From Gammaproteobacteria bacterium (lineage in GTDB: Bacteria; Pseudomonadota; Gammaproteobacteria; CBDBNL01; JAAOII01): a stretch of DNA of 64,000 nucleotides. The stretch is taken from positions 96,001 to 160,000 of the forward strand of contig OZ242372.1 of assembly GCA_965209035.1 (NCBI GenBank), given 5' to 3'. The notes under the pieces were generated by a model. That model ran no database searches and was not told the origin of the DNA. It worked only from the letters and a program-made list of their open reading frames with translations. Made by a program: the position numbers and the translations under genes. Below are positions 27,868 to 37,507 of this stretch, one piece after another; the first letter of the stretch is position 1, and each line of letters begins with the position of its first letter.

Positions 27868-28770
27868 TCACTCCCGGGCGGGTTTGTTTTTTGACGGATC
27901 GTATTTGTCTATTTCTTTAATAATCCAATTGTTTTCTTTAAAAAATTTGTTGCGGGAATACAGACGCGCCAAAAAACGCAGTGTTGATAACGAACCCACT
28001 TCTTCTATCATTGATGAATGGTCGTCTGTCGCGACAATATTTTCTTCAACAAAAGAAAAAATTTCTTGTTGAATCTTATAAAGATCCCCCGTATGTTTTT
28101 TGAATAAGTTCAGTGCATGTAATTTCTTACCCCATTCTTTCCAATGGTCGTCAACATATTTTTTAATGCCACTTTCTTCCAGCATTTCCCAGCCAAGTTC
28201 GGTCATATCAAGAGGAGAAAACTCTGTGGCAGCCAGTACTTTTATGGCATCACCCTTCTTGCCCAAAAGCATCAACTGCAAAGTTTTGCAAACAGACCTG
28301 AAACCTTTTTTTGTTACTTCCTCAAACTCTTTTTGTTCTGTTCTGACTCTCGCAATATCCTCTTTGAGTTCCGTTCTGACTCTCGCAATATCCTCTTTTT
28401 GTCCTATTCTGACTTCAGTAATTTCTTCTTTGACTTCCTCTATATTAACTTCTATTTTGTGATTTGTTTTTCCCACTGCCTGGTATAACGAAACTATGGC
28501 ATATTCGCCGATCAGACCAAGAATGAACACAAAAAAAGCCAACAGAAAAAGAATAAACCAACTGCCCTCCGGTATCAATTTGTATGTAAGGGCGGAATCG
28601 TAAAGGGTAAGAGAAGAGAATACTGTAAATACAATCAATCCGATTGCACACAAGATGTATGTCATAACGCTTATTTTTGCTTCCGACTGACCAATGTTAT
28701 ATTGCTTGGCCGGTTTTTCCTCGACTGTGTTGTAGTCTATATCCTCTTTTGTCATTTTTCTTAAATTCAT
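27868..28770 (-). CDS. Two-TM plus coiled-coil hypothetical protein (paralog of 61915 and 62911)
   Basis: Shared motifs IGEYA, SPL(D/N)MT, ESG..YVD.H, GDLY, LY.RN.FFKEN.W, IDKY; 11-aa repeat EDIARVRTE x2. ATG 28770 chosen by 5' homology to the other copies. Confidence 0.75.
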   Translation of the reverse strand: MNLRKMTKEDIDYNTVEEKPAKQYNIGQSEAKISVMTYILCAIGLIVFTVFSSLTLYDSALTYKLIPEGSWFILFLLAFFVFILGLIGEYAIVSLYQAVGKTNHKIEVNIEEVKEEITEVRIGQKEDIARVRTELKEDIARVRTEQKEFEEVTKKGFRSVCKTLQLMLLGKKGDAIKVLAATEFSPLDMTELGWEMLEESGIKKYVDDHWKEWGKKLHALNLFKKHTGDLYKIQQEIFSFVEENIVATDDHSSMIEEVGSLSTLRFLARLYSRNKFFKENNWIIKEIDKYDPSKNKPARE

Positions 28771-28968
28771 AAAATAACCTATAAAATTATAACATCTTTT
28801 GCTGTATTTTTTACGCATCAGCAAGAAAGTTATTTGATGTCATTGAAATTAGGTTTCAAATTCCAATGTGATTATCTGCGGTGAGAAAGCATTCTTAACT
28901 ATTTTCTTAAAACAATTCCATATTTTTGGTCCGCTATGTTGGTGTTGGTTGCGATACCGGCTTGTCGG

Positions 28969-29577
28969 TCAAAATTCAAACGAAACTTGAAACAAGGTTC
29001 CCAGGTATCGCATACGAAAACTATGAATATAACCGGCCTTGGCGCCCAGCATCCACACAACAGACCCGGTTTCCCACAGATAACCGGCGCCAAGTGCCGC
29101 TCTGTAATCTGTTGTTGACCTTGCCGGTAAGGAGCCGACAAACTCGTTGGCGGAGCTCACCTGCCGGCGAGCATTCAACTCCAGCCGCACAATACCCACT
29201 TCGGTGATGACGAGCGGCTTGAAATATCGCGCCCAACGGAGACGCCGGGCAAATCGGTACACACTGCCGATTTCTTCGGCACTCCCCACTTCGTCTTTAA
29301 TGTGATAATCGTATTCGGCAAAGGTAAGATCCAGCCAATGGAAATTATCGCGCCCTTGACGGAACAAGGAGGAGTAACCGTAACCCAAAGAAGAAAACCC
29401 TTTTGCTTCTTTCTGTTCCAGAATAACGGAAACTCCGTATGCCAGAACCCGGTTGGGCAAAAATAAGAATAAGAACAAGCAAAAAAGACAACCGGCAAAC
29501 AGGCGATGTCGCGACAGAGCAAGGCGGATAGCAGCCTGCGGATTGTCTTTTTCGGTTCCCGTCTGCGGCAGGCTCAT
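28969..29577 (-). CDS. Putative outer-membrane beta-barrel protein, last gene of the T4SS-like operon
   Basis: Hydrophobic signal segment, amphipathic beta strands, C-terminal VSFEF beta-signal; start overlaps the virB10-like stop. Confidence 0.6.
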   Translation of the reverse strand: MSLPQTGTEKDNPQAAIRLALSRHRLFAGCLFCLFLFLFLPNRVLAYGVSVILEQKEAKGFSSLGYGYSSLFRQGRDNFHWLDLTFAEYDYHIKDEVGSAEEIGSVYRFARRLRWARYFKPLVITEVGIVRLELNARRQVSSANEFVGSLPARSTTDYRAALGAGYLWETGSVVWMLGAKAGYIHSFRMRYLGTLFQVSFEF

Positions 29578-30701
29578 CAGAAAGAGCGACCAAAACGCAC
29601 CAAGGCATCACCGGGCGAAACTTCCACGGAAAAGTTTGGCGCACGCGGCAAGGTTCTTTGGTTTGCCTGCAAAACATCCTGTGCCACACCGCCGGCAAGG
29701 GCTGCACCGGGGTTCCCCGGTGTCTGTCTGCTTAATTCCTCTTTTGTTGTCTCCAATACCCCGGATTTAACGGAAAGATCGGCAATTCTGTCGGAGTGGG
29801 TGATGATTGCCCCGGCAAGCCCGGCCGCCTTATTGGTTCCATGGACGGTGCCGATAATCGCATACTCTTCTCCGCCGGGCAACACCATGAGAGACAAATC
29901 CATATCCAGGCGTTGGGTGACCGGGTTAATCCGGTGGCGCGCAAAGAAGATTGTCCCTGTCGGAAGTTTCCTGTGTGTTCCAAAAAGATCCGCGGCGAGT
30001 TCCAATTCAATATCGGCCGTTTCGCTTGAAGAAACCTTCCGGGGTAAGAATACGCGCACCCAGGTCCCCGCCCGAATTCCAAACTTTTTGCGAGAACCGA
30101 AAGGGTTAAGTTCTACAGAATGCTTGAGTTCCGAGTTACCGGCATCGGTATTATTCTTTGGGCGCGAGCGCGGTGCCGGCCGTTCTTGCGCTTGTTTTTG
30201 TCCTTTTCCCGGCCGCTGTTGCGGACCTTTGGAAAGCCGGTTCTTTGCCGGTGCTGTTCCGGTCTTAACCTCAGCGGCGCGCCCCGTCGTCGCAGATGCC
30301 GGTGCCGGCCGGGCATCCTCTTTGACAACAAAATGATGTCCGAATTGTTTGGTATTCTTGCCTGTCTCCGTCAGACAGACTACCAGCTGTTCTTGTGCGT
30401 TGTAAGTTCCCTTAATCACGGTGTTACCCAGCAAGCAGCCGGGTTGCCGTTGCCCCGAAGCAAGCATCGCCGGGAAAATTTGATTGCGAATGAGGATGCC
30501 CGGATACACATTTTTACCGTCGGAATATAATTGGCCGCGTTGATCCAACAGCGTATCACTCTGCAAGCGCGTTTTGCGTTCTCTTTGGTTCCGGATCACT
30601 TCCTCGGTCCGACTGCGCAGTTCCTCTTTGGTCATAGCCGCAGACTGGGTTGCGACAGTGGTGCCCAACAACAAACTAATAAAACAAACGCTGAATCTCA
30701 T
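29577..30701 (-). CDS. VirB10/TrbI-like protein
   Basis: Pro/Lys-rich linker, then GIRAGTWV...KLPTGTIF...LPGG...AAGLAG TrbI-like C-terminal domain; operon position. Confidence 0.68.
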   Translation of the reverse strand: MRFSVCFISLLLGTTVATQSAAMTKEELRSRTEEVIRNQRERKTRLQSDTLLDQRGQLYSDGKNVYPGILIRNQIFPAMLASGQRQPGCLLGNTVIKGTYNAQEQLVVCLTETGKNTKQFGHHFVVKEDARPAPASATTGRAAEVKTGTAPAKNRLSKGPQQRPGKGQKQAQERPAPRSRPKNNTDAGNSELKHSVELNPFGSRKKFGIRAGTWVRVFLPRKVSSSETADIELELAADLFGTHRKLPTGTIFFARHRINPVTQRLDMDLSLMVLPGGEEYAIIGTVHGTNKAAGLAGAIITHSDRIADLSVKSGVLETTKEELSRQTPGNPGAALAGGVAQDVLQANQRTLPRAPNFSVEVSPGDALVRFGRSF

Positions 30702-31557
30702 TGTTGTCGGCTGTCATGGTAATTTGCAGTCGGAATTTTTCTTTTATCAAAATATCGTTCTTGGTTAGGTAAATACATTCGTCTAACTTTTTCCCCGCAT
30801 CAAAGCAAAACAGACGACCTTCGACGGCGATTTCGGAACCGCTTTGATTCTGTGCCCGGACATTCAACGCGGCAAGAGAAAACTTTTTGCCGTAGTGTTC
30901 CACCCAAAAATGCAATCCATAGGCACTGTGCGGATAGTAAAGAAAGTGATCCAAGTACACATCCGCCGTCTTAAATCCGCTGTCGCCGCCGCGGAACATC
31001 TGCTTGATGTTTCTTTTACGCACACCGCGCAGCATCAATAACGCCAGATCTTCCCGATTGGTTAATGTATTCGCGGTCAGTAACCGCCTTTCGTAGTCTT
31101 CCCGCAACTGTGCCCGGATGGTTTCCACCCGATGGTTGATCAGAAAGTTTCGTTTTTCTTCGCTCAGCTCCAAGTAAACATCGCTAATGTGATCCGGGAT
31201 CCGATTGCTGACAATCAAGTTGATTGCCAAGTTGTAGCCGGCAATGCTCATATACAACTTGCCGACACGCTCGTTTTTGCCGGTTGAAGTGATTAAGAAA
31301 ACATTTTGTCCGATGAGATTGCCAACATCCCGGGTTACCGCAAAGTTCCCGGTATTGACCAGTTTGTAATTCAAAGGAGGTTTGAGTTCGGGGTCGTCCA
31401 ACAAGAACGGAAACAATAGCCTGGTGCCGAGGTTTGGAACCACCTTAAGCGTGAACTGAGTGCGCTCTTGCAATGGGATCTTGAGTACTTCGCCGCTAAA
31501 CGCATGCGCCGCATCGGACAAGAAGAGGACGCCGATTAAAGAAATTGCACGGAACAT
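30676..31557 (-). CDS. VirB9-like secreted core-complex protein
   Basis: Signal peptide (AHA|F), beta-rich two-domain layout with a helical linker; lies between the virB8-like and virB10-like genes. Confidence 0.55.
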   Translation of the reverse strand: MFRAISLIGVLFLSDAAHAFSGEVLKIPLQERTQFTLKVVPNLGTRLLFPFLLDDPELKPPLNYKLVNTGNFAVTRDVGNLIGQNVFLITSTGKNERVGKLYMSIAGYNLAINLIVSNRIPDHISDVYLELSEEKRNFLINHRVETIRAQLREDYERRLLTANTLTNREDLALLMLRGVRKRNIKQMFRGGDSGFKTADVYLDHFLYYPHSAYGLHFWVEHYGKKFSLAALNVRAQNQSGSEIAVEGRLFCFDAGKKLDECIYLTKNDILIKEKFRLQITMTADNNEIQRLFY

Positions 31558-32216
31558 ACTTCAATGCCCAAATAATTGCGCTCGGAAATGGGAACCTGAC
31601 GCATCGCCAATTCCAAGCGAAATATGCCGGAATTGTTTTGAATGTCCGCGGTAACATCGGTTTGATCGCTAATCAAAACCTTCCCCAGAAGTGAAACTTG
31701 AATATCATCCGTATTCAAATATTTCAAAATATTAAATTCGGTGAAAATAACGCGAGAAATCTGGACTCTTTGAATGATCTCGGCAAGTCTGCCGCCTTCA
31801 ATCCACTCTTTCTGGGTCTTGAGACGCAATGCGGGACACATGGCCGCCAAAGCAATTTCGGCATCCGAATACACGGTCGCCGAATTTTGGCTCAGATAAT
31901 GCGCGACAAAACGCTTGCTGACAGATTCCAATTGTGCTTCGGTAATGGGGGGCTGGCGTTGGTACTCAATGTGTCCTATAAATCTGCCGTCCTTGTCCGC
32001 CAATAGCACCGGCACAGGTCTCAAGATGAGCGCGGCAAAGATAACGCTGCCGCCGGATAAAATCACGAATAACAGAACAAACAAGCACAAGTTTTGCAAC
32101 CGAATGGCGCGCCATATGTCGCCGCCGGCGGTTCGCCCGGGCCTATCCGCAGCATGATTTAACCGCCGCAAGCCAAAACCGCGCATTAACAGATGTGTTT
32201 TTATTAAACCTTTCAA
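31536..32216 (-). CDS. VirB8-like bitopic protein
   Basis: Single TM, then NTF2-like pattern RFVAHYL...ALAAM...VP.SERNYLGIEV. Confidence 0.68.
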   Translation of the reverse strand: MKGLIKTHLLMRGFGLRRLNHAADRPGRTAGGDIWRAIRLQNLCLFVLLFVILSGGSVIFAALILRPVPVLLADKDGRFIGHIEYQRQPPITEAQLESVSKRFVAHYLSQNSATVYSDAEIALAAMCPALRLKTQKEWIEGGRLAEIIQRVQISRVIFTEFNILKYLNTDDIQVSLLGKVLISDQTDVTADIQNNSGIFRLELAMRQVPISERNYLGIEVCSVQFL

Positions 32217-32222
32217 TGTTAT

Positions 32223-33665
32223 TTACTTCGGTATTTTTTCCTCTCGGGCAACACGGGCAGCGGTACGGACATTGCCCGGCAGTTCACTGCGATCTAACTT
32301 CCCTTCGTGTGTAATAACTGTTGTTAACATCGGCGGTTTACGGGGCCGCCCACCGGTGGCGGAGCCACCCTTTTCCGATTTCTCTTGCCCGGTTTTTGGC
32401 TTTTTATTCGCCGGCTTGCTACCCGCCGATTTGCTACCCGCCGATTTGCCGCCCGCCGACTTGCCGCCTCGCGACTTGCTGCCCGCCGACTTGGAAGAGG
32501 ACCGCGGCAATTCTCTTTTTTTTGATGCCCCCGCTTCGCCGGGTAGCCGGCCGGACGGCAGCGGCACGGAAGGAGATGCGACACGCACACCCCCGGTCGC
32601 GGCAGTTGTCATCATCCGGGTCATCGCAGCCGCCGGCAATGCCAAAGCGGTTGCCATGCCTGCAATATTTCCCGGCGACATCAGGTATGTCTTTACGATC
32701 CATATGCTCGCCAACAAAGATAACCCGATCAGAATATTAACTGTGGTGATCATCACATAAAAAACGGAAACGGCAAAGGCGGGTAACCTTTCATCGGTTC
32801 CTATTGCGAATCTGAGGGCACTGATACCCAAATCGCCGATTGCCGCAACCATCACTCCTTCGGTCATTGCCCACAGAAAAATAAAAGTGGTGATCATAAA
32901 CCAATTCTTTGGAAGACTGCTATTCTTAAGAATTAAGAGTGGCAACAGAAACATTCCCAAAACATAATTAAGGACATACAAGAGGTTACGCGCATAGTTC
33001 AACAGACCATGCAAAACCATCACACCCCATTTGGAAGTCCAGGCAAGAACATATTGCGTGTATAAAGACACGGTCCTGTCCGCCAAACGCCAAATGATGT
33101 TGGTGCCGGATTTTTTGCTTTCAAATTCTTCGGTGACACTTTCCACCTGCCGCATCACACCCTCAAAAGTATAGCCGTTTGGCAAGACAGCATAAATGAC
33201 ACCGTTGGAAAACAAAGTAACCTGATGTAACAGAAACCGGTATAACGCCAGCAGCAGAACCACCAAGCCGGTCACATAAAAAATGTTCAAAACAGCCCGG
33301 GCATCCGAGGACGGTGACTGTATTTCTTGAAACAGCCTGGAACCGGCACAAATAATGATCATCGGTCCCAGTAAGGGACCCAAGAGAATGTCCGCCTTTT
33401 GCATCAGATGCTCAAAGACTGTCGTATTGTCTCTTAACCCAAGATAAAAGCGCAGCAACATCTGTCCGAGCGATAATTTGTCAAACGACTCGACGAATGT
33501 TTCCAATTTTTCATCCGGCAGGTTGTTTGCTATGTCTGCCGGCACGCCGATATCCGTGATACCCTCGGCATGTGCGGCATGCGCAGCGAGGGCCAAAAAA
33601 GAAAGAAGCAGACCGGGAATGCATAACCTCCCGTAACGAAAAAGAACAGATACCTCCGCAAGCAT
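32223..33665 (-). CDS. VirB6-like polytopic membrane protein with basic low-complexity tail
   Basis: Several TM segments; LGMFLLPL..L...W pattern; SKSAG repeats; operon position. Confidence 0.62.
   Translation of the reverse strand: MLAEVSVLFRYGRLCIPGLLLSFLALAAHAAHAEGITDIGVPADIANNLPDEKLETFVESFDKLSLGQMLLRFYLGLRDNTTVFEHLMQKADILLGPLLGPMIIICAGSRLFQEIQSPSSDARAVLNIFYVTGLVVLLLALYRFLLHQVTLFSNGVIYAVLPNGYTFEGVMRQVESVTEEFESKKSGTNIIWRLADRTVSLYTQYVLAWTSKWGVMVLHGLLNYARNLLYVLNYVLGMFLLPLLILKNSSLPKNWFMITTFIFLWAMTEGVMVAAIGDLGISALRFAIGTDERLPAFAVSVFYVMITTVNILIGLSLLASIWIVKTYLMSPGNIAGMATALALPAAAMTRMMTTAATGGVRVASPSVPLPSGRLPGEAGASKKRELPRSSSKSAGSKSRGGKSAGGKSAGSKSAGSKPANKKPKTGQEKSEKGGSATGGRPRKPPMLTTVITHEGKLDRSELPGNVRTAARVAREEKIPK
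32416..32490. repeat. 15-bp imperfect tandem repeat x5 in the virB6-like tail
   Basis: Units of TTGCTACCCGCCGAT type, encoding SKSAG/GKSAG. Confidence 0.88.
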
Positions 33666-33698
33666 TTTTTGCTGTGTGATTGCTTCTTTAATAACGCA

Positions 33699-34340
33699 TC
33701 ATTGCTCGTCGTTAAAAACCGAATACATGCCCAGCACTTGTTGGCGATGGCTCAACGCGCGCAATCGGTAACGGGTTTCATCCCGCACAGTATGCGCGTT
33801 CATGTCCGCCATGGTTCTGTATATTCCGGCAAGAAGTTGCCCTTCCGCGCTGGCGTCTTGTTTGTATGCCATTTCTTTTTCGGTTGCGCCCGCCGTCCCA
33901 ACCAGCCACTCGGTTTCGGCAATCATATCGAGCGTGTCGGCAATACCCAGAAGAACTTCCCGCGTGTTGCCTTGCGTCGCCTTGTTGGCAAGATCGCGTA
34001 TCGCTTTGGCGTCGCGATAGATCGCGCCCAGTTTCAGCGGATCCGACCCGACCGACCGTGCGGTTTCCTCCAGTTTGTCGGCGGAACTCACTAGTTTCCG
34101 AATCTCACCGGCATATACATTGCTTTTGCGAAAAAATGCCCGTTCTTGAGTCTCCGCCAACCTTTGTTGCAAGTTAATGTAGTCTTCCGTTCGCTCAATC
34201 AATGTTGTCATCTGCGTGATAATCTCGGTTAGTTTGGCGATTTCTATGGAATCCGCCGCACCGAAGGCGTCGGCACGCACCTGGGCGGATAACAGCCCGG
34301 TTATCAAGAACAATAAAATATAACGGCGTGCTTGGTTCAT
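33699..34340 (-). CDS. VirB5/TrbJ-like secreted helical protein
   Basis: Signal peptide (VRA|DAFGAAD), long amphipathic helices; between the virB4-like and virB6-like genes. Confidence 0.58.
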   Translation of the reverse strand: MNQARRYILLFLITGLLSAQVRADAFGAADSIEIAKLTEIITQMTTLIERTEDYINLQQRLAETQERAFFRKSNVYAGEIRKLVSSADKLEETARSVGSDPLKLGAIYRDAKAIRDLANKATQGNTREVLLGIADTLDMIAETEWLVGTAGATEKEMAYKQDASAEGQLLAGIYRTMADMNAHTVRDETRYRLRALSHRQQVLGMYSVFNDEQ

Positions 34341-34353
34341 CTTTTAAAGATAA

Positions 34354-36702
34354 TCAAAGATAATGCCGTAAAAGTTCCCGATAGGCATCTTGCATATCCG
34401 GATATTTTTTCATCAGGGTTTCTTTTAATTCCAAGGATTCGGCACGCGTATCCCCGATGGCTAAAAATTCCGGCGGGTAAGTCAAAAAGACATCGTGCCA
34501 TTTGCCACCAAACCCCACCATGGCCGGGCGGTGATCCGGATAGGTTTGACGATAACCGCGCCAGGTCTTATAGGCCTGTTCGTTGAGATCCGAAAAATGC
34601 TCCTTAATGCGGGAATGTCGCCCTTCCGTGTAAAGAAGATTGGTGATGTACATTTGATTGACAAGGGCCGGATCCAAGCGCGCGATGTCGTCAATCTCTT
34701 GGGTGATCAAACTGATGTAGCCACTTTCCTTGCGTCCCATCCGCGCTATCTGAACGCACAGGGTGCGGATGGTTTCTTTGTCGGCGCGAATAAACTCGTG
34801 TAACTCGTCTATGACGATAAAAGTGGGGGTGCGCCGAAAAAGTGCTTTTTGACCGTAACGCAAACTTAAAAAAGTCAGGTAGGTGATGAGGAGTTGCGGC
34901 TCGTCCTTCAGTTTTTTAAAGTCCGCGCCAAACAACGGCACATTGAGGCTCATATTATCTTCTTCCTTAAAGCGTTCGCCTATGATCGTATCCAAAAAAC
35001 TGCCGACATTCAAAATCAAATTGTCGCGCGCGTATTTTTGTTTTTCGTTTAGGCTTTTTTCCTCCAATTCCCCGAGTCCCATATGAAAATGCGCCAAAGT
35101 CGGCGCCTTATGCACCGAGTGTTTCTTTACAAACTGTTCGTTATAGATATTCCGAATCGCCATTTCGCATACCGCCACCTCATGCACGCTCATTTCCGGT
35201 TTGCCGTCTGTGAGAATGCGGACCAGAGAGCGCACCGTCGGCGACACCAATGCCGAAGACATCTTTGCGCCGACATCGGCACACAACGGAAACGGGTTAA
35301 TGACGCTCGTATCCGGATCTATGGCAACATAGTCGCCGCCCAACATCTTAAAAAGAAACTCATAGGTATTGCCGATTTCAATCGTATAAAAGTCATAGCC
35401 GAGACCGAACAATTGCAGTATTCTGGCACAATTCATCACTCCCTTGCCGCTGCCGGTTTTGGCGATGGTCAGCGAATGATAAAATTCGCCGCCGCTTTTA
35501 TTGGTGTAATCAAAACCGACAAATGTGAAGTTGGTGCTGACAAATGCTTCCTGATGTCCGGTTCCCTGTCCGAAACACACCGCGGGCAGGAGGCTCATGA
35601 TCATTTCGGTATGATCTTGACGCATGAACTTGCCGGCATACATATTGGTCGGTAACGAATAAATGATGGCATGCTCCGTCAAATACTCGGACTCCAAGAC
35701 AGCCCCAAGCACCGCAAGTTGCTCGGACAAAGATGCCGCTTGTTCTTCTATTTCTTCCTCTGATCCGTAAAGTTTGCAGTAAAACGCATTGGTAAAGATT
35801 TGCAAGCCGTTTTCCACCACATAACGCCGCCAGGCGGAGATGTCTTCCAAACGCTTCTCGGCTTCCACATCCGCCTGCGCGATCTGTCGTTCTTGACGAA
35901 TTTCCTCGCCGCCGCTTTTACGCAGAAAATGCGCATGATCACAACGCCTCAGATAAAACGCAATATCCAACTCCACAGGCAAACACGCCACCAGATCGGT
36001 TAAGAGACGCACATTGGGTTCGGGATAAAAATACATCAAAAAAGGTTTAATCATCACCGAGTTCATACGGTAAAGCCCCCCTCTTTTTTCCCCGGTCGGT
36101 GTCAGAATGTCTCGTAACATATAACCCGATTCCGGTAATTTTTTACAGGGGTGGTAATGCGAAGATTCGTATAAGAAGCGTATTCCTTCTTCGGTACTCA
36201 GAAATCGCAGATCGCGAAAACCGCGCAATCCTTTTTGGCAATATTCTTCAAGTTTTGTGCAATTTTGTATTGCCTCTTCCAAAATCCGTTCGGGACCATC
36301 GGCAACGAACAAATTTAACAGATTGCGGGCAAGTGTCCCAGGTCTGTGCCACTGAATCACAACAAATATCCGATTAAGGTAAAAATAGTCGGCAAGATGT
36401 TTCATATAGGTCTTCCTTAAAGAACTCAAAACAACGGATTCTCTTTTCAGTGGCTGATTGCCAAACATTGCCGCATTCCGTTTGTCCCGTCTGCGTCTGA
36501 TATGAAACTCCAACGAAACTTCAAAGGGGGCGGTATCAATGAGAGCGCGCAAGCCATTCAAGTAAGTGCCGGCCGTCTCTTCGGATGCCATGTAGATATC
36601 GTAGCCTTCTATTTCGGCGATTACGCTTAGGGTCCCGTCCGTGTGAAGAAAGTAACGCTCGCCCAGGGGGCGCCAACCTTTCAGTGCATGTTCAAGTCGC
36701 AA
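34354..36702 (-). CDS. virB4: VirB4-family T4SS ATPase
   Basis: 782 aa; Walker A AKTGSGKG, INPF, Walker B FIVIDELH, ARMGRK..ITQ. Confidence 0.85.
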   Translation of the reverse strand: MRLEHALKGWRPLGERYFLHTDGTLSVIAEIEGYDIYMASEETAGTYLNGLRALIDTAPFEVSLEFHIRRRRDKRNAAMFGNQPLKRESVVLSSLRKTYMKHLADYFYLNRIFVVIQWHRPGTLARNLLNLFVADGPERILEEAIQNCTKLEEYCQKGLRGFRDLRFLSTEEGIRFLYESSHYHPCKKLPESGYMLRDILTPTGEKRGGLYRMNSVMIKPFLMYFYPEPNVRLLTDLVACLPVELDIAFYLRRCDHAHFLRKSGGEEIRQERQIAQADVEAEKRLEDISAWRRYVVENGLQIFTNAFYCKLYGSEEEIEEQAASLSEQLAVLGAVLESEYLTEHAIIYSLPTNMYAGKFMRQDHTEMIMSLLPAVCFGQGTGHQEAFVSTNFTFVGFDYTNKSGGEFYHSLTIAKTGSGKGVMNCARILQLFGLGYDFYTIEIGNTYEFLFKMLGGDYVAIDPDTSVINPFPLCADVGAKMSSALVSPTVRSLVRILTDGKPEMSVHEVAVCEMAIRNIYNEQFVKKHSVHKAPTLAHFHMGLGELEEKSLNEKQKYARDNLILNVGSFLDTIIGERFKEEDNMSLNVPLFGADFKKLKDEPQLLITYLTFLSLRYGQKALFRRTPTFIVIDELHEFIRADKETIRTLCVQIARMGRKESGYISLITQEIDDIARLDPALVNQMYITNLLYTEGRHSRIKEHFSDLNEQAYKTWRGYRQTYPDHRPAMVGFGGKWHDVFLTYPPEFLAIGDTRAESLELKETLMKKYPDMQDAYRELLRHYL

Positions 36703-36712
36703 TAGGGCCTCT

Positions 36713-36982
36713 TCATTCGTATATCCGTCCGGCTCGTCGCAGGATCCTAGCCCTATTGATTGCCGGCAAGATCACCGCTCGTTGTCCGATCTTCATTATT
36801 TGATATATTTTTGTCACAATCAAGATCAAACTAAAAACGATGAACGGACGCAAAATATTCACATCCTTCACCGGCAATAATAAGACGACAACCAAAAGAA
36901 ACGCGGTCGCTGCGAGGGTCACTGCCGGCAATGGGATACCAAAAAGATATCTTGGTAATAGCCTCCCGTTATATGCCGCCAT
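36713..36982 (-). CDS. VirB3-like small membrane protein
   Basis: 89 aa from ATG 36982; PRYLFGIP followed by two TMs; directly upstream of virB4. Confidence 0.65.
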   Translation of the reverse strand: MAAYNGRLLPRYLFGIPLPAVTLAATAFLLVVVLLLPVKDVNILRPFIVFSLILIVTKIYQIMKIGQRAVILPAINRARILRRAGRIYE

Positions 36983-36993
36983 TTGTCGCCCTT

Positions 36994-37314
36994 TTAGCCG
37001 ACAAAGCCGGCAAACAATGCCGGTAATGTCGTTATCATCAGTAGTACCAATGCCGCTGCGCCCAACTTGAACGCTCGGCCTTTTATGTCCTCGGCATCCT
37101 TCCCGACCATCAAATCCTTGGCAAATAAAACGGCAAAAAGTGCCCATATCCCCCAGAGAAAAGAAGTCAAGAAGTTAAGTGCTCCGCTCATAAAACGCCC
37201 AAGCGTTTGAGTCGCGTCGCCTCCGCTTTGTAAGTATTCCGGTAAGGTACCTACCGCGAGAACGATTGTCTCGTAGGGCATCACACCGATAATACCAATA
37301 AGAATAATAAACAT
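36994..37314 (-). CDS. VirB2/TrbC-like pilin
   Basis: 106 aa; signal-like N-terminus plus two hydrophobic helices separated by a charged loop; first gene of the operon. Confidence 0.62.
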   Translation of the reverse strand: MFIILIGIIGVMPYETIVLAVGTLPEYLQSGGDATQTLGRFMSGALNFLTSFLWGIWALFAVLFAKDLMVGKDAEDIKGRAFKLGAAALVLLMITTLPALFAGFVG

Positions 37315-37507
37315 AGCCTTTATTTCCGCTTACTCCTAAAGTTATCACAAAAGTAATCTTCCGTAGAAAACTACTTTGGTGTTATTATAGAAATAAAAAC
37401 CAAAAATAACACAAAAAAATCGGTTTTTTTTCGTTTTTTAAAAATTCCCGGAAATGAGGCACCGGCGGAAGGACAAGATAAAGACTGCATAAGCGGCACC
37501 CACCCAC

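Noticed and set aside
27509-27920. Track ORFs 27509..27871 and 27636..27920
   Set aside because: They overlap an IS481 remnant, show no recognisable motifs and are probably spurious.
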